Source of the DNA: a virus
DNA length: 64,000 nucleotides
IMG/VR virus record: IMGVR_UViG_3300008740_000712
Span: 55,131 to 119,130 of that record
Strand: one strand, 5' to 3'
Shown here: positions 1 through 11,700 of the stretch, piece by piece
How positions within the stretch are numbered: position 1 is the stretch's first letter
How the letters are laid out: each line of letters opens with the position of its first letter
The notes under the pieces: model-generated
The model's database searches: none
What the model saw: the letters and a program-made list of their open reading frames with translations, nothing else
What the model was told of the DNA's origin: nothing
Program-made: the position numbers and the translations under genes

Positions 1-523
1 CTATTTGGTCTAGTTCAAATTTTGTTTCATAATAAATGTTTGCTACTTCGGTATTGTCGATTTCTATTTTCTCTGATCTTATAATGTCCCTAACACTTCC
101 CTTAAAGTCTTTAGACAAATTAAGGATTCGGACCTCGACGTGGTTGTCTATTAGTCTGAGAATTCTGTCTTTTTCTCTCTTTAATCCTGATCTGGATTTT
201 TCTAGTAACCTCGGTTTTTTCAGTCTAATGACCTCTTCTGCCAGTGACTCTCTCTCTAGTCTTCCGACAGTCTTATCACAAAGTCCCACGGCATCACTAC
301 CAAGAGACAGAATGTCAGTTACTTCCGGGTTTTTAGAAATTACCACAACGAGCTTTAATAAATTGACCAATTTTTCATTGTTGAACCAGGTGCCTTCCAA
401 TTGTTCGTCGAGTTGATCTCTTGTGAGGATCTCCACATCGATGCTGCTCTTTGTCAGCACCATACGGGAAACATTTGCCGTGGGCAACTCATCTCCGATT
501 AAAGATAGGATCTTATCCGACAT
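1..523 (-). CDS. Hypothetical (probable virion) protein, partial; runs off the left edge
   Basis: Not in the ORF track. ATG at 523 overlaps the TAA of the upstream gene; the frame (MSDKILSLIGDELPTANVSRMVLTK...) has no stop down to position 1 by manual translation. Confidence 0.8.
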   Translation of the reverse strand, partial: MSDKILSLIGDELPTANVSRMVLTKSSIDVEILTRDQLDEQLEGTWFNNEKLVNLLKLVVVISKNPEVTDILSLGSDAVGLCDKTVGRLERESLAEEVIRLKKPRLLEKSRSGLKREKDRILRLIDNHVEVRILNLSKDFKGSVRDIIRSEKIEIDNTEVANIYYETKFELDQI

Positions 524-1632
524 TATTCTTCCTCTTCTCCGCATTCAGCAGAAGTTGGGTTTGGTGGAACCTTATTATAAATACTTTCTGACGAAGTTTG
601 TTCTTCTTTAGTACCCATGTCCTTTAGAGATTTTCCTGACATTCGTGCTATCTGATCCGGATCTAATCCTGCTGCTAGGGACGAACCCACCAGTCCGTGG
701 GGGGAATCCTGCTCGTCCTGTAGGAACTGACCTGATATGCCAAATGTTCTTATCTCATCCATGTCCGTCATAGTAGAGTTGCTTCCAATTGCTCTTCGGA
801 GGAAGTCCATGTCGATTCCCATGTCCGACTCAATGGATAGGAAGTTCTCTACATATGTTTCATCCACATCTTCATACTCTTCCTGTACATCGTCCAAGAG
901 AACATCATTGACAACCATCTGTCGTTCTTTCTTGAACTTCAGGGGAACTAGATTCTCTTGCCCATTTTCTTCATCGACTAAAAACACCTCGACTTCGAAC
1001 TTATCGTTAGACAAGGGAGAATTACTTTCCTCTACTTTTATCAAAAGTTCACCATCACTTTCGTCAATGGTCAGTGCGGTTCCGTCTTCGAAAAGGTGTC
1101 CATAAACATCTGCATTGAAATCTGGCTTTGATGTCGATTTTATCTTATACTTCAAATCTTGTAAATTTATTTGCGGTATCATGATATAGTTCATGTTCCC
1201 CGTATCATTTACGACCCTTGTGCTTGATTCGATTCTTGAGAAGTAACTCTTGACACTCCAAGCAGGTGCATAGTCTTTTGTTGTATCCGACTTGCCCAGT
1301 GCGTTGAGGAGGGAATAGCTCTTCTCCTTTACTTGTTGAATGTTTTCTGGAGTTATATTTCCATTTGTTCTTCTTATTTTATCGATTTTCTTATTTATGT
1401 CGGTTTCTATGCCAATATGGGCACTCTGAATCTTCATTCTTGGGGCATCTTTTATCCTAATACTAGCACTGTGTGCTTGCTCTGATACAGATCCCCACGA
1501 GGCGTCATATATGATGTCGTCATCAAAAAATGCGTAATACTTCGGACGGAACTTTCCATTGGCATACCTCTTCTTGCCAAATTGGGTTAGATTTATCTCT
1601 ATCACTTCTTCTTTTTTGTTAAAAAACTCCAT
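523..1632 (-). CDS. Hypothetical virion structural protein (369 aa)
   Basis: ORF coupled to both neighbours by stop/start overlap; lies in the tail module; acidic C-terminus. Confidence 0.7.
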   Translation of the reverse strand: MEFFNKKEEVIEINLTQFGKKRYANGKFRPKYYAFFDDDIIYDASWGSVSEQAHSASIRIKDAPRMKIQSAHIGIETDINKKIDKIRRTNGNITPENIQQVKEKSYSLLNALGKSDTTKDYAPAWSVKSYFSRIESSTRVVNDTGNMNYIMIPQINLQDLKYKIKSTSKPDFNADVYGHLFEDGTALTIDESDGELLIKVEESNSPLSNDKFEVEVFLVDEENGQENLVPLKFKKERQMVVNDVLLDDVQEEYEDVDETYVENFLSIESDMGIDMDFLRRAIGSNSTMTDMDEIRTFGISGQFLQDEQDSPHGLVGSSLAAGLDPDQIARMSGKSLKDMGTKEEQTSSESIYNKVPPNPTSAECGEEEE

Positions 1633-4600
1633 TAACTAATACCTTTAAACTTTTTTGGTTTTCTCGGTGGACTCTTCTTCGGAACAGGAGAACTCCTATA
1701 GGGGTTTCCAGCCTTCTTTTTTGGACCTCTTTTTGGCCTGTGTGGTGAAGTCACCTTTCTTGGTGCTGAAATTTGTTTTGCCAACTTCTCAATATGCTCC
1801 TTGCGAGCTTTTTTCTTTTCCGGTTCTGGTGGTGGTGGGGGAGGGGGTTGTGGTGGTGGTGGGTTTTCCATCTCCAACTCCATTGAGATGCTCGCATTCT
1901 CGATCAAACTAAAGAAATCATACGGCCAATTGTAACTATATTCTGGAACCAATGCAGATGTTCCTCCCTTTAAGTCAAACTTGAACCTGTCATCGTCACC
2001 GGCATCTTTAGTTGTTTCAAAGTAATTTGTTTTTGCCCTTCTTTTCACCTTAAAGATTATGAAAGATAGATCCCCAACAATGACTTCTCTAAGTTGTTCA
2101 TTGGAACCGAAGAAATTATGTCTGTTTATGTCGTGAGATATTTCGATCTCCGATGTTTCAAAATTGACAGCAATGTCAGGAGAGATATTTTGCCAGATGT
2201 TGTTTAAGTCTTCCTGATCGAGTGTGTGTGATACTTCCATGAAATACATAGCATAAGGTTTCCTAATGTTGGTGTCTTTTCTCATGGGATCAAAGTGTGG
2301 TGGTACTATATATTTTTTCAGTCCATCGATCATCCTAGATATGGAAGTCTCTCGGATTTCCTCTCCGGAAAATGAGTCCTCTTTTTTAACTGCGATTTTG
2401 CCCAAAGACTCTTCATAGGTTTTTCTCTGTTTATCAAATTCAGTTCTTTCTATTTCTATTAAATTATTCTCTACTGCAAACCTTGTGCGGTTTGATATGA
2501 CTTTAAAGAATTCACCGATGGAGGACTTGACCCCCAGATCACTGGAGTATCTTTGTAAATTAGGAGTGTTGAACCTTACCGTCGTAATCAATATTCGATC
2601 AGCCGTTGAAACCTCTTTGTAATAATCACGGTATAATTCGTAACTTGTTTCAGGCGAGTTTTTAGATGACTTTACATAAGGTATGATACATATTGCCTCA
2701 CTTATCTCCTTCGAACCCCTAACTCTGCCAATCTTTTTGGAATCGGCAGTAAATCCAGTATTTCCTATGATAGAACCAATTTTTTTAGATTCATCCTGAT
2801 ATGCGGCTGGTGAGAAACTTTCCTTTATTTCGAAGAAAATTCCGTTTTGGGAAGATGGGGTGACTCCGTAACTTGTCCACATCGTTCTTGGCAATTCCAG
2901 ATCCTGATCCAGATTTATCCCGTGGGCATTCCATGCTCTTCCGTCGTTTGACGAATACGAGGAACTATAATCTGCCACCGATGCCGTAAAATCCAGTACC
3001 GGTGTTTCAAACTTTGTTGAGATGACCCACCTTTTATTTTCCTCCGATACGTCGTTGGAGACTGTTGATGGTACGGCAGTATCTCCAGAACCGAGGACTT
3101 GGAACGTCGTCGTGGGATCAAATGTTCTGCCAAATAAGTCCACAGAAGAGGCAACAGTCGATGCTGATTCTTTCTGGTTTTGCGTGAATTCGTTCTTAAT
3201 AAAGTGAGTACCGTATGTAGAAACCCTTGATTCCTCTACCTCGTTGACATACTCAACATTCGCATTGGAAAAGATTTCCTCTACTCCATATTTCCCGGAT
3301 ACAGAGGGAGTGAAGGACACTCTTGCAATTGCTGTACCGTAAAAAGACGGGGGAGTATAAGCACAATATGCGGGATCATGAGGGAAGTCAATCGGGAGTC
3401 CATATAATTTACCATGCTGTTTGTAATCATAATAAGATTTGAACTCCAACGAAGCAGAAAACTGTGGTGAAGATATTGGTGTCTCGTCTGGATTGAAAGT
3501 CCCTATGTGGTTGCCTTGTTTCAGGTATGCAGAACCAGTGTGCATAAATATGTAAGACTTTCCAGATGCCTGTGAAGGTAGGTGATCGTTGCTCTCACTC
3601 TGTCTCGGTGAGGAGAACACGAACAGGGACTCCCCCTTGTTGTACGGATGCTCAGATCCACTTATGATTTTCAGAGTTCCCCTAATAGAATCCCTGAGTG
3701 CTGTTCCACCATACACATAGTCGGACGACATCCCCTGCAATGTTCTCACGGGCAGGAATGCTAAGCTGCCTGTGCCTGAACAATTGCCATCGAGTGCGGT
3801 AACGCACAACGCACCCTTGGCATTCAGGTGTGGGGATCTGTCCGAATTATCGGCACTTCCAGAGTAGATTGCCCCGTCGATGCCGAAAGATAGGTAAACT
3901 TGGTTTTCTGTTCCGTGGTCGTGATGTGAGGATTCGATAGAAAGCAAAGATCCCAACCCCAATGAATACCTTTGCCCGTATAAGGAACCTTGGGCACCGA
4001 ACTCGACAGGGTGGTTGCTTGCTGAGATTGCTGATCCGGTGAGCCAATCTAAGTTTATTTCAGCTGTTTTGCTGAATTCTAATCTCGGAGGTCCGTCTCG
4101 AACAGTCGCAACAATCACTGGTTCCCCAAACTCATTATTAACTACACTGCCAACATCATCACGTTCCGGAACATCTTCGTAGTCCTGAAATACTTTTCCT
4201 TCAAAAAGGTGAATTGCTCCAGCTTTTCTGTTGGGACTGGAAGTGGTGTTTGGTAGTGAAGTAACGGCAAAGTAGTACTTCTGGTTTGGTGCGGTCCCAT
4301 TCATACATGCAGACACCACAGAACCAAATTTGTCGTTGTTGCCACCGTCTGACAACTTATAGTAAGCAGAAGCAGTTCCATGAAGGGAACCGGAGTACCA
4401 CAGCATTATGTCACCCCTTTCGGCACCACTGGTTCCACCAGCTGGGGCCCGGCCGCATCCACCGACTAGAAGAATTCCATTCATGCTGGAACTGTTTTCG
4501 GTAGTGGTATCCTTGAAATCCAAATTGATCATGTCGTATGTTCCGGGATATCCCATTCTAGCATTGTGGTGGTTCAAGGCACTCTGACTATTGAGTCCAG

Positions 4601-7600
4601 CTCGTGACTGGTCGAGTCCCACATTGTGAATGATGTGAGTCTCTTTTATCCCATTGACTGAGGAACTCTCATTTAAGAAGAATACTCCAGTGTTGTGCGA
4701 TGTGGATATGGACGCGGTGAGTTCTGATGATGGATCTAACCCTCCACTCATTGGGGATTTGAGATTAACCGCAATACCCCCATGTGCCGAGTCCGAGGTT
4801 ATAACGTGGTATCCGTCTCCGTCTAGTTTTGGAAGTATACGGGTTTCGACACCGTAAGCATACAGTACTCTGCCTGCGCTGGTTGGGGTTATAAGTGACC
4901 CGGTGACATCATCGTAGTCCACAGGATCGAACATATGCTGTCCCGTGGATTGTGATGGTCTATATTTGTAGACTCTTACCGATCCAAGAACACCGTGGGT
5001 GTAATCCTGCTGGTTGCCGATGGCACAAAAGATGCCTTGACTTCCCGAACATGCAGAAATTCTTCTGGGCAGATCACCTGTGCTGTCGTTGTCCCAAGTT
5101 ATTGTATCGCATATTTCCCAGCCATCAGGGCCGAGTTTGTTCTTATAGAGGGATAGTCTATTTGGAGTAGACTGTTCTTTTTCTCCGTAAGCAAAAGCAG
5201 CACAATAATACCCATCAGAACCAGAGAAGAAATCCGTTGCTGTTCCTCCAGCATCGTTAATAAAGGTATCTCCAGTAACATCTGAATATCCCTTGTAATT
5301 GACAAAACGATCCATCTCGACATTATCTCTAAGGACAACATCCATGTAATATGTCTTGCCGGCCTCAAACTCTTGAAATTCTTTTTCTGGTTTTGAGATA
5401 AAATAATTTAATGTGCCTTCATCAAGGAAGAAGTCAACCGTTTCTGCCAAGAAGTTGTGCATTGCGAGTTGATAATTTGGTTTTGATGTGCCACCCCACA
5501 TGGCATAGTATGGAAAAGTTGGGGACACCGGTTCAGTACTAACGTAGGAGGGAGTAAATCTGATCGGAGTTGATTCCGGAAGGTTGCCTTTTGGGTCATA
5601 CAGAGTCTCGAATGGGAGTCTGTAGTCTGGAGTTGTGGTTAGGGAAAATTCCCTTTGAGGATTTTGTGCAGTTGTGGTGACAGTTGTCGCAGTTGGGACA
5701 CTACCAGTGTAGACTGGGTAATCGACAGCATAACCCGATTTTATAGAGTTATATAGAATTCCCGGAGACATAAATGCTTTTGCGAGAGCTTGGAGTCCCT
5801 GTGCTGGCTGTTGCGTGTTGGAGTCATCCTTGTACCCTCTGATGCTATCAGAAAAGGAGGAACTTAACTCGTGCCCTATCTGAACTGTTCTAGTTGCGGG
5901 GAAAAATCCATTATATGGTAAGAGTTTTTTTACTGCATTGCATTTAATCTTCAATTTCGATACCATCATTTCCGGATGATCATCGATAACCTGCTTGGCA
6001 TGAGTCATCGGTTCGGTGGTCATGTGAGTGTCGAAGAAGTTTTCAGTACCGGTGTCGGCAATGTCACCTGTTGGCAGATTTGCCCCCTGTATACTAAAAT
6101 ATTCTGCCGGTGGTTTGTTGAAATTTAAATCTGAAAGATACTCCCCGATGTGATTTGATATTCTAAATTCTGGTATGATTCCCATGCCTACCGTAAGGGG
6201 TCGGTGGTTTTCCCTAAAAGAATCATAAGTTTCATGGCCAGGAGTTCTTTCTGCTATCTTCTCCGTTAATCTCTCGACGTAATCAGTGAGAACATACCCG
6301 GATGAAGAAGATACATTTATGTTAGTATGTTCGACGAAACAAAGTGACGGTTGCGGGTCAATAGTGTAGGCACTCTCATCCGTGTCATGCATCAACTCAC
6401 CCAATGCGGAAGAGTAGCTTGCAGATTGGGGAAATGAGCTTGCTCCATCAGTCTGCAACGGGAAGAATGCCAGGCTCTCCTTTTGTCGCGACAAAGCTGT
6501 TTGAGTTATTTTTAAATTCCGTATTGCCCAGTGGTCGTACTGGTATCCGGAGTAAGAGGTTTGAGCAATCCTTATTTCTGCACCGGTGTCTGGAAATACA
6601 TTTCCACTGGAATCGACAATCTTTAGGCCGTTTGTGGGAATGTTACTCGACAAGCTTGTCCACATTGTGTTTGTGGCAAATTTAGTATAACCATCGTTTC
6701 CGAAGCGTGCCACTGTTGCCAGAAGGATTGCGTCTTCGGTGTTTCCAGTATTGCACTTCACCTTAGCAATGGACCACGAGTCAAGTGAGTTGAGTCTATA
6801 TTGTATAATTAAGTTCTCACCAGAATCAGGGTTCTCCAACCCAAGGGCATTGTAGGTTCCCTGAATAACATCAAAATCCAGGTAAACTGTTCCCTTGACA
6901 ACATTATTGAATTGCAAAAATCTTGCGGTAACTGACGTGTTTGTTGTGCCGAAAAGGAATGCCCAATTGCCTGCGGTTTCATCAAAGAGGACTCTTGATG
7001 ATGCATCGGAAATAAAGTCTGTTGGAAGTGTCGTATTGAAATCGTACTCTGTCGTCAGTTCTCCCGTTATTGACAACCCAGTGGTGTAATTTAAAGAATT
7101 TTTTGCTCCGGTGGTTCTCAATCTTGTTGGGTGATAGAACTTATTCTGCTTTCCGAATTGCTTATCATACCCATAAGAACCGGTGCCGGACTCCTCGTCG
7201 TATTTCTCCCTTTTTCGCACTCGTTTAAGCCCCGAATATCTCCCGATTGGGAAAATAACTTCCGAGTACTTAACCCCGTTCACTTCTCTCAACGGATTGT
7301 TGGATATATTTGGATCAGGGTTTATGTACAGTTTTTTCAAACTATCATAAAAGGTTCCCTTCTCACCAGAAGAGATGCCTAAAAATGTTTCAACATCTAC
7401 ACCCTTCTGACTATCGAAGTAAACCAGTTCATTCGAAAACGTGCTTTTCATCTCATATTCTGCGTTTGTTGGATCGTCCCTCAATTTAACTCTGTGCTTG
7501 ATCGGAAAGTATTTTGTTGTTACAGGAGTCTGAGTTATTGAGGTTATTGATTCTGGATTCTTGTTGTCCTCTCTCAGAAAGGAATATTGATTTGTTTCCC

Positions 7601-8738
7601 TAAGATATTTGGGATGTTGGTTGTCGTGCTTTCGGGTCTGTTCCCACGAGGAATGGCCATAACCAAAATTGTGATTATTGTTAGCAGAACTTGTAAAACC
7701 CTGAGATGTTGCGGTCAGAGGATCGTAATCATCCGTGATCGCTATTCTTCTCGGCTTCACCTCTAGTGCAAGATCATTGCTGTCTCTCTGGTATCCATAT
7801 GCCACACTGGAAGTTACATTCTTATTGATCCAACTATACCCTAATTCACTTTGGGGGATGGCATGTTGAACATAGTAATTATCATAAGAGCTTGTCGAGG
7901 ATATTGGCAACTCGATGCCTCCGACTAATTTTGACAACGGGTTTCTGTTGACACCATGAAGTGAACCTGATTGTATTGCCGAGTTTGAGGACGGCATATG
8001 GGTGGCAAGATTCCTTCTGTTAGCAATACGAACACTCTCATTCCTGAACGGTGTTGCATTGTAAACGGAAAACTCCTCTCCCGATGGGTTCAAAAAACCC
8101 CTAGACATAGTGTATCTGTCACCTGGTGCCGAGAACCTGCTTACAATAATTGATTTGTGCTTCGTTCTCTCTGGCAGATCAAACAAAGAATCCCTTGCTA
8201 CAGGAAGGCTGTTGACGACATTTGATTCGAACGACTTTCTCTCCTGGAATTGTTGATAACTCTCCACACTTTCGGCAAAGTGTCGAGGGTTAGTGGTCCT
8301 TCCAACAGTTTGAACAACCTCGTAATTGTTAGAAAAGTTTCCAATGGCAATCGAACCCGTTGAGGTTCGAATGTTGCGTATATTTACTGGCCTTTTGGCA
8401 AACTCATCCCTGTAGTAAATTGCCCTCGACTGATCGTTACCAAGTTGGTCAGAACCATATATCCTGAGTTGTCCCGATGATGGTACAATAGAGAATGCTT
8501 CTCCCCTAACAGATCCTTCTGTAAACAGTTCCTGGTGTCTTCTTTGGTGTCCTCCCACGAATTCGTTGGTAAACGGACCCTGCATAGAGGCATCACCGAA
8601 GGTTCCATATGAATCCATATGTAGGTTGGTAACATCAACACCTGATTTAAATTGGGCAAGAGTGCTATGGTATCCTCCGTCTGCGGAGGAACTATGCATC
8701 GTGAATGGGGCTCTATTTCTTGCTTTTTCTTTTGTCAT
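1632..8738 (-). CDS. Giant virion structural/adhesion protein (2368 aa) with jelly-roll and propeller-like inserts
   Basis: Long S/G/T-rich ORF in the tail module; Reelin-like segment near 6500-6950; FG-GAP-like motif near 4310-4365; polyproline plus basic C-terminal tail. Confidence 0.7.
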   Translation of the reverse strand: MTKEKARNRAPFTMHSSSADGGYHSTLAQFKSGVDVTNLHMDSYGTFGDASMQGPFTNEFVGGHQRRHQELFTEGSVRGEAFSIVPSSGQLRIYGSDQLGNDQSRAIYYRDEFAKRPVNIRNIRTSTGSIAIGNFSNNYEVVQTVGRTTNPRHFAESVESYQQFQERKSFESNVVNSLPVARDSLFDLPERTKHKSIIVSRFSAPGDRYTMSRGFLNPSGEEFSVYNATPFRNESVRIANRRNLATHMPSSNSAIQSGSLHGVNRNPLSKLVGGIELPISSTSSYDNYYVQHAIPQSELGYSWINKNVTSSVAYGYQRDSNDLALEVKPRRIAITDDYDPLTATSQGFTSSANNNHNFGYGHSSWEQTRKHDNQHPKYLRETNQYSFLREDNKNPESITSITQTPVTTKYFPIKHRVKLRDDPTNAEYEMKSTFSNELVYFDSQKGVDVETFLGISSGEKGTFYDSLKKLYINPDPNISNNPLREVNGVKYSEVIFPIGRYSGLKRVRKREKYDEESGTGSYGYDKQFGKQNKFYHPTRLRTTGAKNSLNYTTGLSITGELTTEYDFNTTLPTDFISDASSRVLFDETAGNWAFLFGTTNTSVTARFLQFNNVVKGTVYLDFDVIQGTYNALGLENPDSGENLIIQYRLNSLDSWSIAKVKCNTGNTEDAILLATVARFGNDGYTKFATNTMWTSLSSNIPTNGLKIVDSSGNVFPDTGAEIRIAQTSYSGYQYDHWAIRNLKITQTALSRQKESLAFFPLQTDGASSFPQSASYSSALGELMHDTDESAYTIDPQPSLCFVEHTNINVSSSSGYVLTDYVERLTEKIAERTPGHETYDSFRENHRPLTVGMGIIPEFRISNHIGEYLSDLNFNKPPAEYFSIQGANLPTGDIADTGTENFFDTHMTTEPMTHAKQVIDDHPEMMVSKLKIKCNAVKKLLPYNGFFPATRTVQIGHELSSSFSDSIRGYKDDSNTQQPAQGLQALAKAFMSPGILYNSIKSGYAVDYPVYTGSVPTATTVTTTAQNPQREFSLTTTPDYRLPFETLYDPKGNLPESTPIRFTPSYVSTEPVSPTFPYYAMWGGTSKPNYQLAMHNFLAETVDFFLDEGTLNYFISKPEKEFQEFEAGKTYYMDVVLRDNVEMDRFVNYKGYSDVTGDTFINDAGGTATDFFSGSDGYYCAAFAYGEKEQSTPNRLSLYKNKLGPDGWEICDTITWDNDSTGDLPRRISACSGSQGIFCAIGNQQDYTHGVLGSVRVYKYRPSQSTGQHMFDPVDYDDVTGSLITPTSAGRVLYAYGVETRILPKLDGDGYHVITSDSAHGGIAVNLKSPMSGGLDPSSELTASISTSHNTGVFFLNESSSVNGIKETHIIHNVGLDQSRAGLNSQSALNHHNARMGYPGTYDMINLDFKDTTTENSSSMNGILLVGGCGRAPAGGTSGAERGDIMLWYSGSLHGTASAYYKLSDGGNNDKFGSVVSACMNGTAPNQKYYFAVTSLPNTTSSPNRKAGAIHLFEGKVFQDYEDVPERDDVGSVVNNEFGEPVIVATVRDGPPRLEFSKTAEINLDWLTGSAISASNHPVEFGAQGSLYGQRYSLGLGSLLSIESSHHDHGTENQVYLSFGIDGAIYSGSADNSDRSPHLNAKGALCVTALDGNCSGTGSLAFLPVRTLQGMSSDYVYGGTALRDSIRGTLKIISGSEHPYNKGESLFVFSSPRQSESNDHLPSQASGKSYIFMHTGSAYLKQGNHIGTFNPDETPISSPQFSASLEFKSYYDYKQHGKLYGLPIDFPHDPAYCAYTPPSFYGTAIARVSFTPSVSGKYGVEEIFSNANVEYVNEVEESRVSTYGTHFIKNEFTQNQKESASTVASSVDLFGRTFDPTTTFQVLGSGDTAVPSTVSNDVSEENKRWVISTKFETPVLDFTASVADYSSSYSSNDGRAWNAHGINLDQDLELPRTMWTSYGVTPSSQNGIFFEIKESFSPAAYQDESKKIGSIIGNTGFTADSKKIGRVRGSKEISEAICIIPYVKSSKNSPETSYELYRDYYKEVSTADRILITTVRFNTPNLQRYSSDLGVKSSIGEFFKVISNRTRFAVENNLIEIERTEFDKQRKTYEESLGKIAVKKEDSFSGEEIRETSISRMIDGLKKYIVPPHFDPMRKDTNIRKPYAMYFMEVSHTLDQEDLNNIWQNISPDIAVNFETSEIEISHDINRHNFFGSNEQLREVIVGDLSFIIFKVKRRAKTNYFETTKDAGDDDRFKFDLKGGTSALVPEYSYNWPYDFFSLIENASISMELEMENPPPPQPPPPPPPEPEKKKARKEHIEKLAKQISAPRKVTSPHRPKRGPKKKAGNPYRSSPVPKKSPPRKPKKFKGIS

Positions 8739-8777
8739 ATGCTTTAACGATTATACCCTTCATTGGTTATTTTTTAA

Positions 8778-11700
8778 CTAAGCAATCCTTTTGATGTTCA
8801 CAGTGGATCCTGGGTTTGCGCGAAAATTAGTGCTCGTTTGCGAATCTATCGAGATCTGGATCGTGTCCGCTGCTGCCAGTGTGAAATATCCCGTCAAGGT
8901 TCTCGTAGCAGGATCAACCGAGCCATGGATGAAGGATTCGGTTGTTAGTATACTTGAATCATTTTTCCTGATCTCGATGTCTATCTCCCCGCTGGCAGTG
9001 GTGCTGCTTTTGAGTTGCAAGACGCAGGTGACTTCGTAAACTCCCGCATATGCTATTGTGAAATCTCCAGTTGAACTTGCATAAGTTATCCCGTTTGATG
9101 CGTGGGTTGTTGTTGTTCCATTGTTCAATGTCGAATCAAATGGGTTGAAGGCGGTGGATTTATAGTCGGTGGCCGCCGTTATTGAGGTAGAAATGTATTG
9201 CTGCATCCTGTTAGCAGATATTTCTCCGGAAAAAGATGCCGATGCGTTGGTGAGGGTGAAACTGTCATCAAAAGTGCCAGCATCGGTGACGGAACCCATA
9301 ACAATTTTTTGACCAGATTGTTTCCACCCGATCCAGCCACGTTCGTTACTGGCTTCACCGAAACCAATAAATGCGTTTACACCAGTACCAGACTCTAACG
9401 AAATTCTCTTATTACTGCCATCGTCGGTTACTCCCAGGTTTCCTCCAACTGCCAAGGCGACTGTTGGAGTGTTCTCTCCAATACCAACTTCACCCGAGCT
9501 ATCAATTGTCATTCTTCTTGCGTTGGCTGTCCCGAAATAGAGAGGCTGAGTTGCAGTGACATTAATGTACCCTGCGTTATCCATATTGATAGAGTTGCCG
9601 TCAAGATACATGTTGCAGGCTTCGTCTGTAATTTTTACTGTCGCATTCCCTAGAGTTAGTCCACCGATGTCACCTACAGTTGCGTTTCTGTCAATGTGAA
9701 GTTGGGCAGCAGGAGAAGTCGTGCCAACACCAACTTTTCCATCGTCCATGATTTTCATTCTTGTGGTCGCACCTGCGTATCTTGGAGAGGAGGCTTGACT
9801 GGTGTTTGTTTTTAGTTCGATTCCACCACCTGATGCGACTGAGTTAGCAAGAGTTAGGACATTGCTAGTGGTATAAATTGCACTCCAAGCACTTCCGCCA
9901 TCTTGGATAAATTCTATGTAGGGAGTGTCTCCCTCCGCGTTATTATCTGTGTCTGCCTCTAGTCTCAGCATTGCATCACCGGAAGTTCCAGCACTGACTT
10001 TTAACGCACCAGAAACTTCCACCTGCCCGTCGGCAATGACCATTTCTGTGCCTCCTCCGGCATCGCAAATGGTTGTATTGCCAGTGTTTTCGGACCATCC
10101 TATTCTTCGGTGTCCGTCAGAATCCTGTATCTCAGCAGTGGTATTGGTCAACCGAAGTTGGCCTGTTTGAAGTCTGTTCGCATTTGGATTATACCCTATG
10201 TACTGATCTGTCTTGAAGGTTTGTCCACTGGTCGTGGTATGGTCATCTACAAATGGTATATACCGAGTAGTGTTCGTGGATGCATCTGCGGTGGTGTCCA
10301 GTGTTGAACCTCCCCCGATGCCTGTTAGGTTTGAACCATCTCCGTAGAAGGCAGAAGCAGATATGTTGATGGAGGCAGACATGTTTCCAATAACTTCGAC
10401 CGAAGTTTCGTAATCGTTTGCGTAATGGATTTTAAGCTTGGGGTTGCCATTCCTATCATCAAAAATTGTAGAAGCTCCGTCGGCAATTGAAATTCGACTT
10501 GTGCCACCGGAGTCTTTGATGTCTCCACCAGAAACGGTGAAGTCCCCATTGATAGCTAAGTCTCCGTAAAAGTATCCACCCCCCTTGTAATAGAACCCAT
10601 AAGTTGAGTCGTACTTGAGATAGTTTGACGACGGACCTGTAGAAAGATAAACTGTGTCCCCTACCCAGAAGTCACCTCCTCGAACCTCTGAACCAGATAC
10701 TCCGAGGGAGGCAGAGAAGGCACCGGGTACAGAAAGGGTGCCAGCTGGTGAAAGGACGGCCGCTTTGCCGGAAAGGATGTTGCCGGAAGAAGCACCATCA
10801 AGAAGACCAAGTTCCCCCGAAGTGAGTGATGCCAGTTCTGCCGCGGCACCAGACTGCATTCCCGAAAGAGTATCTAAATCTGCATCGTGCGCCTGAACGT
10901 CCGATCCGATTGCTACACCAAGATTGGTTCTTGCACCAGAAGAATTTGAAGCACCAGTACCACCATTAGATAGTCCGAGATCGGTTCCTGACCAGTTTGC
11001 GTTATTGATTTTCACAGCAGAATTGAGTGCTGTTGCGGAAAGGACTTCATTGTTGTTTATTTTAAAAACCTTCCCGTTCGCAAGATCAATATGTTCACTT
11101 GAAGTCCAAGCATCTGTGGCATTAACCCAATTAAGTGTCTTATCACTGTCAGATGACTTGAGGGTAATTCCCCCGCCATCGACAGCTGAGTCATTCCCTT
11201 CCGAACCGCCGGGAGAATGTGCTAAGTCGATATTCTTGTCATCAATTTGTAGTGTGGTTGAGTTTACAGTAGTTGTAGTTCCGTTGACAGTTAAGTCACC
11301 AGTAACAGATAAGTCACCTGTGAAAGACCCTGTTCCAGCAACGTCAAGGGCAACAGAGGGACTTGCTATCCCCATGCCAATTTTTCCGTCATAAGTAATC
11401 ACCATTCTTTGGGTTGGATCACCCATATGATCGGTATTCTCTTTTGTGTAAAACTGTAGTTCTCCTTTTGCTTCGGTTCCGAGATCCTTATAAATAATGG
11501 ATGCCCCAATGCTGTCATCATTAATAAATCCAAGGCCAATGCCGTCATTGGTGGAAGTGCCTCCCTCCAAGAGAAGGTGATAATTGGTCCAAATGCCAAC
11601 GTCAGAAAAAACATTCTTTGAAGGATCGTAAATCAACGTTGTATCTCCCAACATTGTTTTTCCATCTACCTCAAACTTATATAACCCCGTGGTGGGAACC

